This document shows, one piece after another, positions 52,901-64,000 of a stretch of 64,000 nt of DNA (its first letter is position 1; each line of letters starts with the position of its first letter). Source of the stretch: Camelus dromedarius (Eukaryota); contig NC_087436.1 in NCBI RefSeq assembly GCF_036321535.1, positions 79,424,001-79,488,000 on the forward strand. The letters run 5' to 3'. The translations under genes were made by a program, and so were the position numbers. The notes under the pieces are model-generated. The model did not search any database and was not told where the DNA came from. It saw nothing but the letters and a program-made list of their open reading frames with translations.

Positions 52901-53947
52901 GGTAGGAGGTCTGATTTAGTCTGGCTGGAGCCAGGATGACTGAAGGTGAGTTAGAGGTGGAAAAAGTTGAGATTGGATATTTCAATCCTGAAAGGCCTTG
53001 AATGCCATGCCAAGAAATTTCTTAATTCAATTTAGGATCTCCAAGTTTTGGGAAGACGAATTTGGTAGCTTTGCGGAAGCAGGATTAGACAGGAAGAGGG
53101 TGGGGGAAGTGAAGAAAGGAGGGTGGTCTTTGGAAAACATTCTGGAAGGCAGTGGGACCTTGAACCAGAGCGATGGGGCTGGTGGAGAGGTGGAGCGTCT
53201 GGGCAGCCATATAAAAATGTGAGCCCTGGGAGACAAGTCAGGACCATAGATGCACGTTAGGGAATCATTTGCAGAGAGGGTGGAAGTTGAAATGGTAGAT
53301 TTAAGGAACCCACAGAGAGTGAAAGACATTTATAAAGGCTGGAGGAAAAAAATCATAGAAAAGAGGAAGAGATCAATGAACCAGATGAGGATCAACCAGG
53401 GAAGAGAGTAGGAGCAGAGGGAATGGAAGCTCAAAGGAGAGAGAGTTCTAACTTTATATTTTATCTCACTCTTCATTCCTCTGACCACTGGTAATATTTT
53501 GTGCTATATTTTTCTCCCAAGAATAAAAGGTGTTGTCTATCAACTCCTTTTCAGAAATAAAAACAGTAAACACCTCATCTATAAACTGCTTTTCCGTGAG
53601 TGTATACACACGTGAGGTGGGGGTGGTGATTGGTTATTGGGGACTTCTAAAGCTAACCTAGAAATCACGTATTTTGGGATAAGACTTCAAATGCAGGGAT
53701 GACACTGGCTTTGTGAAAAGTGATCATGGTACAGTTTCACTTTGCTCCATCTTTACAGTCCTGGGGACATACTAAGCCATCAAACTGATGAGGTTCTGGG
53801 AGAGTTAGCAGGTGAACATACAAAGGATGCGAATGTGCAAGTTCTTGTGTAAACATTTTAAATTTGGGTTTACACATCTTAATTTTTTTTTTGCATAAGT
53901 AATACATTCATGTGGTACAAAAATTATAGCAATTTAAAAAGTTCTGC

Positions 53948-54080
53948 TTTTTTTTTTTTATGAGGGGGAGGTAATTAAGCTTGCACATTTGTTTCTATTT
54001 GGAGGAGGTGCTGGGGGTTGAACCCAGGACACTGTGTGTGCTAAGCCTGCACTCTGCCACTTGAGCTATACCCTCCCCAC
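53948..54080 (-). mobile_element. tRNA-derived SINE (Vic-1-like)
   Basis: Reverse SINE ending TTGAGCTATACCCTCCCC. Confidence 0.85.
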
Positions 54081-55487
54081 TAAAAGCTCGTGCTTTGGTA
54101 AGTGTGGCTTCCACACTTTGCTGTCTACCTCTGTGCCATGTTAGTTTCTTATGGATGGTTCCAGTGTTTCTTTATCCTATTGCAAACATGCTATTATAGG
54201 GCAAATGTTCATTTTCTTGATTTGCTAATAACACCAAAGATGATGTACAATAACCACTATTCTGAGCCTTGTGTTTTTCAGCTATATCATCCAGTCCTTT
54301 CCATATTATGACTTCGGCAGTTTCTTCTTTTTGGTCCGCTTCAAGAAGTTTCATTATATGAATGCAAATGGTCAAATAGTTCTTTATACCTGTAGTTCTC
54401 TAACTTTTGCTGTTAGAAAAATATGTGGCAATGCGCACTCTATAGAACATGAATTATATGTAATATGAGTCTGTGATATGAGTAGGATTGCTCTGACAGA
54501 GAGCATTTGTAATTTTGATTGATTCCTCCTTCATTAATGGTTGTGCTGTTTGCTGTACTTCCACTAGGAGTGTGTGCCAGTGCCTGTTCCCCAACAGCTT
54601 CACCAGTGCTGTCAGTATACTTCAAACTTTTGGGTTTCTGTCATCCTGATAGGTGAGAAGTGGAAACTCATTTTAGTCTTAATCTGCGTTTCTTTTATAG
54701 AGTGTGATTTTGTACACGTTTCTGTTAAGGGCCATTTGGGTTTCTTTTTCTGGAAACTGTCTACTCGCATCTTTTGGCCGTTTTTCTATTTCTCTTGATT
54801 TCTGTTTCATTTTGATTTCTGGAACCCTCTCATATATTAAAGTGATTAGCTCTTGTCTGTGCTGAGATGAAAATACTGCTTTTAGTGAGCAATTTGTATT
54901 TTTTCCTTTGCTTATCATGCTCCTTACTATGCAGATATTTTTCATTTTTATGTAGTCAAATTTATCAATATTTTCTTTATAGCTTTATAGGATTTTGAGT
55001 TGATGAGTAGGATGATTTTCCTCCTGCCAAATCTTTAGGGAGTTCTCCAATGTTTTCTGTGATTACTTTTATGACTTAAAAAAAAATTAAGCCTTGATTC
55101 ATTTATTTTGGTGTATTTGTTCAGCTGGCCGTCCACTGCCACACTCCCTATTAAAAAGCCCATCTCTACTGATGTATGATGCATCCTTAATAATTTCCTG
55201 AATTCTAGTATATGTTTGGATCTATTTCTATTCTGTTTCTTTCTATTCTGTTTCCTTCGTTTACTTGTCTTCTCATGCACTGGTACCATGTTTTTCTGTT
55301 TTTGTGTTTGTTTGTTTGTTTGTTTGTTTGTTTTACTAGCTGCTGTGAAAACTTAACGGAAATTACTCCAGGATCAATTCCCTCCTCTTGTGGACAAGAT
55401 GAGTCCTGAGAAATCACCCCAGTCATTGAATGTTTCTCCCTAAGTAACACACCCCCAAGGCTTCCTTCTTGGTGTGTAACTGTCCAT

Positions 55488-55538
55488 GTGGCTGCGTCTG
55501 TGGGGGCGTGGCTGCGTCTGTGGGGTCATGGCTGCGTC
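55488..55538. repeat. Short 20-bp-period tandem repeat
   Basis: GTGGCTGCGTCTGTGGGG(G/T)C repeated about 2.6 times. Confidence 0.85.
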
Positions 55539-56130
55539 CTGGTACTGTGTTGTTTTAATTATTGATGTTTAATTTAATTATTGGTGTTATTAATAGATGA
55601 TTTTAATATCTGGTAGGGATCGTTGTTCTTGTTGCTTTCCTTACAGAACTTTCTTGTTCATTCTTCCTTATGATCCATATGATCTTGAGATTCAACTTGT
55701 CTATGATCCAGAGAAATACATTTTTATTGGCATTGTGTTCATTTTATAAATTTACTGGGGGTAGTTTTTAATGTTATCTGTGTTGAGTCTTCCTCTCCAA
55801 GGACATTATGTCCTTTCATTTGTTTAGGTGCTTTTTGGAATCCTCCAGGGTTGCTTGAAAGTTTTCTTCAGATACTGTACATTTCCTCTTAAGTTTATAT
55901 TTCCAGTTGATATTATAAACGGAGTATTTTCCTCCGTGATACCTTCTAACTGAGTGTTAGACTAGCAGTGATGTTGGTTGCCATTCGTGCTGAGGACAGG
56001 CTGTAGTGCCTGCAGTGTCTTCCCTGTAAGCATCATGTTGGCTTTGAACTAGCCTAGCGTTCCATCTTATGGTAAATACTTCTGGATGCTTGTTTTGTTA
56101 TTGTAGATCAAGAATGAATGTTGAATTTTT

Positions 56131-56288
56131 GGGGGGAGGGTATAGCTCAAGTGGTAGAGCACATACTCAGCATGCATGAGGTCCAGGGTTCAATCCCCAG
56201 TACCTCCATCAAAAAACTAACTAACTAAAATAAAACTAATTGCCCCCCCTGCAAAAAAAAATAATAATAAAATAAATAAATAAATAAA
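56131..56288 (+). mobile_element. tRNA-derived SINE with perfect 21-bp TSD
   Basis: AAGAATGAATGTTGAATTTTT at 56110-56130 and 56289-56309. Confidence 0.93.
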
Positions 56289-57769
56289 AAGAATGAATGT
56301 TGAATTTTTCGTACTTTTTCAGCATATTTGGTGATGAACATATATTTCCCTTCCCTCGAGTATATTATGGTAAATTATATTAATAGTTTAATATTTGAGT
56401 CATCTTTATGTTTATGGACTAAACATTGGTTGGTCATAATATGGTCCTGGAATCTGTCTGCTAAAATTGGAGTTAGGAGTTTTGCAAAATTAGAGTTAGG
56501 ATTTTTGCAGTCGATCCTTTTACTTGAGATGAGTATTACCTCCCTACCTACTTTCTTCCCTCCTTCCTTCCTTCCTAGCCACGTTTCTCCCTTTCTTCTC
56601 AGATTTAAAAGCTTGGTAGAATTCCTTGTAAAACAGTTCAGGTTTGGTGCTTAATTGGGCAGGTAAAGTTTTTTTACTCCCCACAATATTTTATTTGTGC
56701 AAATGGTTCTCTTTAGAGCATGTGTCTCTTGGTGTCAGTAAAATTTTCTTAGTAAAAGCTATCCGTTTTGCCCAGCTTTTCGTTAAATTCATTTGTGTAG
56801 GACTTTGTGCAAAGTTATTTCTTAATGATTTTTACACTTTTCTGCTTATATTTTTTCCTTTGTAATTTCTTATTTTGTATCATATGTGGACTTTCTCCCC
56901 TGTCCTTATTTTATTTTTCTTACTTGGATTAACTAGTGGGGTGTATAGTTGTTTAAAGTAAACTTTACCCTTTTCATGTAAAAAATAAAATAAATTAAAA
57001 AAGTTGAATGTTACTCTTCTGTGCCAACTGGGGAACCATTATGGGGCGGGGAGCGCAAGTAGTTTCATAATTCCAATGCTTTTTTTAAAAACTAGGCAAT
57101 CATGATTGAGTAACGCTTATGGAACCAAAGGAGATGCGAGGTCAGCATTTATTTTGAGCACATTTCATGTGTCTTGACAGATCATGATAGTTCTGCTGAT
57201 TTTGCCCCCTTTTCTTTTTATGGACCTATTATACGGTATATACTGATTTAGCTCTACAGCAGTTTTGCTGCTCCGGGGACACTTGTAAAACTTCTATGTA
57301 GTGAGTTTTTTTCAGTTTGTATTATATTCATATTTTTGTTTTTTATCCTTTCCAATCTCTCCATATCTAAGAACAGAGAAACTTCAAACTTTTTTTTTTT
57401 GCTGCTAAATTTGTCTTGTAGCCTTGCTTTTTTTCTTTTCTTTTTAGTTTTAATAGGTAAAATTATTATAGTTTGACTGCACATATACATTATGTTGCCT
57501 GTAAATACATATATACAATATACTGCACATATTTTTTTTTAGTTTACATATATATGCTGATCATTGGAGAAACTTCAAACCTTAAAACAACAACCAAAAT
57601 GTGACCTAGCCAATAGCAACCCCTCTTACAAGTACATTGCTAATTGGGCCATCAAATAGATAAAATATTATCAATAATAGGTGAAATGAAGCAGAAAGAT
57701 GTTAACGTGTGTCTGTGAACTCCCAATGTTCTAATACTTACTGGTAATAACCTGGTTCTCTCATCCTAA

Positions 57770-57807
57770 GTGTGAGGCGAACGTGATAACCACTACACCA
57801 TGGAAAC
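57770..57807 (-). pseudogene. tRNA-Val(CAC) 5'-half tailless retropseudogene
   Basis: Minus strand reads GTTTCCATGGTGTAGTGGTTATCACGTTCGCCTCACAC, i.e. the first 38 nt of tRNA-Val(CAC) with 2 mismatches to the recalled consensus. Flanked by the direct repeat TCATCCTAAGT (57761-57771, 57815-57825). Confidence 0.88.
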
Positions 57808-57911
57808 AGCCTTGTCATCCTAAGTATTTCTTCTTCTAAATCATTTTAGTTCATAGAGTGAATGGGTTAACATAGAACTGTTGCTTGTAGCAACAAGATG
57901 TTAATATGATT

Positions 57912-58080
57912 CAGACGTGGAGCCAATCCACATTTTGAGGGGGCCTGAAGCTTATACAATTTGGAGATTCTCCTTAAGAAAAAGAATACATAAAATTTGG
58001 TGTAGGAGCTTGGAAGGGGCCATTGCAGGTGAGAAGATTGAAGCTTAACCTTGTTAGCTTCATGGTCAGTCTTGTCTTTG
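57912..58080. mobile_element. MER53-like hAT element
   Basis: GGGGCCTGAAGCTTATACAATTTGG...TTAAGAAAAAGAATACA...TTGGAAGGGGCC...TTAGCTTCATGG. Confidence 0.7.
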
Positions 58081-59189
58081 GCTCAGAGACCTTGAGCTCA
58101 AACGTAGTCTTTAGCTGAGGATACAGCAGGCTGTTGGGATCTGAAGACAAAGAGGCTGCTTTCTGCAAACCTTGGCTGGGTGATGGTCCAGGTTAATGAG
58201 GTAGACAATTTTAGAATATATCTTAACAGCGACAACTATAAAACAGCAAGGGTGATTATCCTTTCTAAACCTTGCCCAGCCTGCAGGATGCACGGGGCAG
58301 GTGCTTCTGCCTCGGAGAGGACTCGAAGACGGATACTGGCAGGACATCTGTGTGCTGAGTCTTAAATTGGACAGAACAGCCTCCTTGGACAACTCGGACC
58401 TGGCTGACCTACAAACTGAGGAGCATTAAAGTGAACCACTGCCCATGGGGTGTTTTTTGTTGGGTTTATCATGGGAAGGCCTGGAGAAACCTAATCAGAT
58501 GTGCTCCAGGCTGTAAAAAATTCCTGCCCAAATTGAAAAAAAAAAGAGTAGTGACTTGAGTTCCTGTTTTCTGGAAAGGATGATCAAGTTTCAGTCAATT
58601 AATGACAAGTACATATCCAGATTAATGACTGTTAGAGGCTGCTTATAGATTTTCCTGTGTCAAAGTTCCATTTGTCCCATCAAAGGTAGGAGAGATACTA
58701 GGAAAAACTGCTACTCAGGACTTCTATTTAGCAAGGAAGAACTGGGGCCAAATGGAGTCAATGGGAAAGATATTACCTATTTGAGGTTTGTCAAAGAGTA
58801 AGTGTTAGACAGACTGACTTGGACTTGAAAGTTTAAGGTAAGAGGGAACATTTGGTTTTGGAATCACAGATTTGGTTTCAAATCCTTGTTCTGTTCTTTT
58901 TACTCCTTGTGGCATGGGGCAGGTTACCCAATCCCTCTGAGCCTTAGTTTCCTCATCTGTGAAATGGGCACAATAGATAGTACCTCATAGGATTATGGAG
59001 ATTACCTAAGTGCATGTGTCAAGGCTTTCGCATACAGTCTGCCACAGGAAACATTCAATACCTGTCAGTTGTCTTTTAGTTTAGGACTGAAGACTTAAAA
59101 ATATTCATGGGAAGGATAGATTGGCTAGAGCCTCTAATTGGGATTATAGCTAAAACTTGTGGAGACTCTTAAATGTAACATTTTTTCTG

Positions 59190-59880
59190 ATTAAAAAAAT
59201 TGAGGCATAATTAACATACATTAAAGTGTGCAAATATCATCTGTTCAACAGATGCATTTTTACATATTTATAGACCACTGTGACTACCACCCAGTTTCAG
59301 CTAAAGAAGATAGTCATGATCTCACAGTTCTCTCAAGCCCCCACCTAGTACATATCACTTATCCCTCCGTCCCCATTGTAACCTGTCTTCAGATTTCTGT
59401 CATCATCATTCGTTTTTCCTAGTTTTGAAATTCACATAAATGGAATTGTATAGTATGGGCTCTTTTGTATCTGTTTGCTTTTTTCACTTGGTAAAATGTT
59501 TATGGGACTTCTCCACATTGTTGCAGGAGTCAGATTATTTTTAAAAAATTGCTGTGGCGTATTTCTTTATACAAATAAATAATAATTTGCTTACCCCTTA
59601 TGTTGATTGACACTCGGGTTATTTCCAGTTTTTAGCCATTAGGAATAAAGCTGCTGTGACCACCGCTGTGAACCTATTTACTTGTGTTTCCTGGGTCATA
59701 GGGTAAACAAGTGTATGCTTAACTGTTAGAAACCGAGTGGCAGTCCAGCCTGGTTGTACACTCGTGGGGTATGGATGATTTCCTGCCAGTTCCTCCATAG
59801 CCTCCTCAATGCTTGGTACTTTTGACCTTTTGAATGACAGCCGTTGCTGGGGGGTGTAAGTGGTAGTACATACCTTGTTT
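59190..59880 (-). mobile_element. Old L1 3' fragment, antisense
   Basis: ATTGAGGCATAATT.ACATACA.TAAAGTG, ATAAATGGAAT..TA.AGTATG and TTTCCAGTTTTT.GC.ATTA.GAATAAAGCTGCT. Confidence 0.7.
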
Positions 59881-62800
59881 AGCTTTTAAAAATAGCATTT
59901 TGAGCACCTTCCTCTCGCTATGTGAAATAATACATATACTTTATTGAAAAATTAGACAGTGCAGATGTATAAATGAGAACATTAAAAAAAAAATCACCCA
60001 CATGATATCCTATGACGCAGAAAAGCCCTAATATTTTGGTGTATTTTCTTATAGCGTTTCCCCCATTTCCATATATTTTTTATAAATGTGGTTGATATTT
60101 TAGTTTAGTATGTTTGGGGTTGGGCCCTGACATCTGTATTTTTATGGATTCTAAAGATTCAACTCCTCTTTTTCCCTCTCCCTAATACGTGTTTTTGTGC
60201 CTGGTCTGGCACTCTCTCTGTAATGATTGACTGAATGAATGAATGAGTGCTGTTAATTTAGATGAAGAAATTAAGTCCCAGCTAAATTGACTTTTCAAAT
60301 GAGCTCCTTAAATAGATTTTAAAAATAAAGAGAATAGTATAATTAATCCACTTACACCCATCACTCAAATTCAACAAGAATTTGTTTCATCTATCCTTTT
60401 TTTTTTTTTTCAGTTTTTTCCTTTGTGGAAGTTTTTTTTTTAATTAAAATTTTAATTACAGATGCAGTATGTAAGCAATGTAGAAAGTTAGAGAATACAG
60501 ATAAATAATCAGAAATACCATATTCACTCACCTTAATGAATGTCCTTTATGGGAATATTTTAAAAATAATCCTAGATAGTATGTCATGTTACCTTTAAGC
60601 ACCTTGGGAGGCATCTCAAAAACTTGACTTTTTAAAAAACATAATCCTGAAACCATTATTACACTTAACTAAGGTAACAACAATACACTGGATTTTTAAA
60701 AAGTGCTTAGGCAGGAAAGCCATGGTAATCTGGAACACAAAGTGTTCACTGTGAAGTAAGCATAGTCAAATCGCCTAATGTATGTGCAGGAAATTGTCAC
60801 TTGACTAATAGCCCAGGGAATGATTTGTCCATGATATAAGCAGCCTTGGAATGTTACAGGTAAATTATTTTGAAAAAAGTGGCAAAAAGTGGACTGGAAA
60901 CCTGTGCAGTAGATAACTGCATAGATAATGCATTGATTAGTGTGTTAATATCTGTGATGATTAATGAGTTGGAGAATGAGGATGGAGCTTGGTGGTCTAT
61001 GCCAGAGATCTATCCTTGGCCCTGGCTTGTTAGAGTTGTCCAAGAACCTTGAACTATGGCTAAGTGATTGCTTAAACATGGGTCTTACCTCTCTGGAGCT
61101 TGGCACTGAATATTTCTGCTCTTTACTCCCAGCCACTCTGGTCCACCCCCCTCCCCAACCCCCACCGCATACAGTTGATCTTTACAACTACTTTACCTTT
61201 GTCTTTTTAATGAGGCCAATCACACTTATGGATCAGGAAGGATATTGGGGCGTGGGAGGGAAGGATCAGAGCCCCTCGGAGGAGGACTTCATACCAGAAA
61301 AAGACCTTGCTACCAGTAGTTGGTGGTAGGACAGGTAAACTCTTTCCTGCCCAGCTGCTTAATAATTGGGTAGGGGGTTATAAACGTTTTTTTAAGAGAA
61401 GTCATATGTTTTTAATCCTGTAATGGATAAATCCCTGAAATCGGGGGTTAACGGGTGTTGCCTCCTTCAGTTCTTTTTTTTCTAAAATTGTGGTAAGAAC
61501 ACTGAAGATCTACCTTCTTAACAAAATTTTAAGCATACAATACAGAATTGTTAACCACAGGCAGTATTGTACAGCAGCTCTCCAGTAAAATTTTTAAGAA
61601 ATTGAGGCATGAGAAATACATAGAAAAGAGTGTAAAATTATAAATGTACAACTTGGTGGATTTCCCAAAGTGAACATACTCATGAGCCTTTCATCTAGAT
61701 CAAGAAATAGGACATTACCAGTGCCCCAGAAAGTCCCCTAGTGCCCCCTCTTAAGTCACTGCACTATGAGGAAGTATTTTTTGTTGTTGTTGTTAATTCC
61801 AAACCAGATTTAATTTTTAAATCTTGTAGAAACAGTGCTAAAGGAGATTCCTATTTCATTTCATGGTACTGCTACTATATGATTACGTATGCTTTGGGTT
61901 AATTAGGCTTATGTTGGGATAGGATTCTAGCTCAAACAGACTAACTCCAACAAAGTTTCCATGAGAGAGTGTGTTTTGAACTCTGAGCTTCTTCTGTCTT
62001 TTGGAAAACAGCCCATTGGTAGGTCAAGGATCAACTTCTATACATAAGCCTGTTATATCCATTTTTGGTCTGTAGTGGACTCTGATTTTCCTTAATCACT
62101 GACCTAGAAAGCATACTTTACAGCTGGAGGATGGGAAAACTAGCATGATTTATAAATGGGCAGTTATTCCAAGAGTTCACTCAGCTCATTTAGAGTTAAT
62201 TATATTTGAGATGGTTTTAACTTCAGCCTCCATTTCTTTTAACAGGCCTTTCATAGCTGGTATTATTTATGTACCAGTGACTTTCTCAAGGCGGGGGGGG
62301 GGGCACAGGCAACTTGTGAAATTCATCTCTTGCATTAGAGATAATTGTTCTAATTTTATTTTCATCCAAGCATGAACCTTGTTGGGTTTACCAAAGCATT
62401 TGATGTAAGGACAAAGTTCAAATGTTTATGGCTTTCCTTTTTTGAAGCTGCTTTCTGGAACAAAAGGAAGTATTTCTTAGAATCAGAGTTTTACCAATTT
62501 AAGAACTGTAGGTTGCTCTGAAGAATCAGGGTTTATTTATTAATAATAACAGATTTCCTTAATGATGATAAAAACCAATATCAAAATTGTCTGTACTAGT
62601 TAAATCTGGTATGTATTTGTATCTATATTTTGAAGACTGTTGGTCTACTTAGGAATAAATTTTGGTGTCAAAAGAGATATTTCCTCTTTTTTTCCTAACA
62701 TGTACTTTGATGCCTGATACATAGTGAGTGTCCCTTATGTGTTGATTGAATTGAGTATCTTTTGCTGTTAGAAGATTATATTTAGGGTGAATTGAATCAG

Positions 62801-63579
62801 TGTTTCTGACCCTTAATAGTCAATATATTTCAAGAAGGAAGTAACATTACATATTCAGTAGTACTTCTTTTGACATTTAATTTTATAATACCTGATTGCA
62901 GATTTTGTGTGCCTTACTAACGCACTCTTAAGCTGGTGCCTGCTCTCTTACAACATAGATCTTCATTTTAGGAACAACTGTCAGTTCCATGTAACTTGTT
63001 TTTTCTTTTGTTCTAGCATGTGTGTAGCCACCGCCTAATGTAATAAATAAAACTTCACAAAACAAATTCTGTTTATCCCTCCCTGATTCCATTGCCCTGC
63101 CAATCCCTGAAACTACTCCTCTGATTTTGATGTTTATTATTTTTATGCATATTTCGTACTTCTCCTGTATATGTCTGTACCCTTAGACAATACATAGTAT
63201 TTATTGCTTTACATTATTCAGTATCACCTTTCATAGATTATTCTGAATTGTTTATTCTGATGTTTGTGAATTATCTAAGTTGGTAAATGTTTAGTTAATT
63301 TCTTTTAACTGCTGTGTAGTATACACTTCATATATCCATTTAAAAAAATTATGAGCTACCATTTATTTACTTTTTGAGGTGTAGTTGACATATAACATTA
63401 TATTAGTTTCAGGTGTATAGTATAATGATTTGATATTTGTATATACTGCTATATATCTACCTATGGAATGGACCTTTGTATTGATTCCACTGCTTTGCTA
63501 TTGTAAACAGTATGGCAAGATGGTGTTCTTATGTATGTCTACTTGTACACAATTTTATAAGAATCTCTCTAGAATATAA

Positions 63580-64000
63580 GGGAAAAGCGCTTCCTTAAAG
63601 TGGAATCCCAAATAATAAATGTGAAGGGAACGAAGGAGGGAGAAAATACTATTTTAAAAGAAACATAGTGCCAGTTTATTCAGGCAAGGCCATCAGTAGC
63701 TGCTAATACCATGGGACAAAAGTGTGAGGAGCAGGATATTTCCATAGTCTTAAAGTATCTCCTCTTTATGGATACTTGCAGGTAATAATTATCTAGTAAT
63801 CAAAAACAGGAAAAGAGTAACTTCACAGTGGACAAACCCTGTAAGCACTGACTACCTCAAACCAAGTGATAAGAGTTAAACATCACCATTGATGGGACAG
63901 TCTGACATCTGTGCCTACCCAGGTGATGCACTGAGAAGGATACAGCATCACTTACATAGTAGTCCTGCCCACAGTGTACAACCCGCATCTGATCGTGAAG
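63580..64000 (+). mobile_element. Old L1 (L1MC/MD-like) 3'UTR fragment
   Basis: AGTAACTT.ACAGTGGA.AAACC, AACCAAGTGAT.A..GTTAA.CATCACCA and GATGCACTGAGAAGGA.ACAGCATCAC. Related to 13380-14140. Confidence 0.6.

Larger units (their letters stand above)
54450..57300 (-). mobile_element. Ancient, fragmented L1 (L1ME-like), antisense
   Basis: T-rich. Contains reverse L1 motifs (ATAGGTGAGAAGTGG.A.CTCATTTTAGT.TTAAT.TGC.TTTC, TTTTATGTAGTCAAATTTATCAAT, GTAGAATTC.TTGTAAAAC). Boundaries approximate. Confidence 0.55.

Overview
This is mammalian genomic DNA, most likely camelid (alpaca, llama or camel), inferred from about 13 copies of a tRNA-derived SINE of the Vic-1 type and no Alu or BovB copies noticed. 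It holds the 5' ends of two divergently transcribed genes. ABRAXAS1/FAM175A is on the minus strand (coding exons 1-4 at 8791-8877, 6673-6763, 3026-3062 and 42-108, continuing off the left edge). GPAT3/AGPAT9 is on the plus strand (first two coding exons at 32834-32974 and 40785-40851, then a long intron to the right edge). Each gene starts in a CpG island. The ~23 kb between them is dense with L1, ERV/LTR, MaLR and MER elements. The less obvious items are a 5'-truncated, frameshifted RNF138 processed pseudogene in ABRAXAS1 intron 2, a tailless 5'-half tRNA-Val(CAC) retrocopy with an 11-bp target-site duplication (TSD), a perfect 29-bp inverted repeat upstream of the GPAT3 promoter, three TSD-bounded solo LTRs around the GPAT3 promoter, and a back-to-back splice acceptor/donor in the GPAT3 5' region. 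I see no evidence of a wholly new multi-gene system. Repeat family names and reference-protein matches are from memory and need database confirmation.
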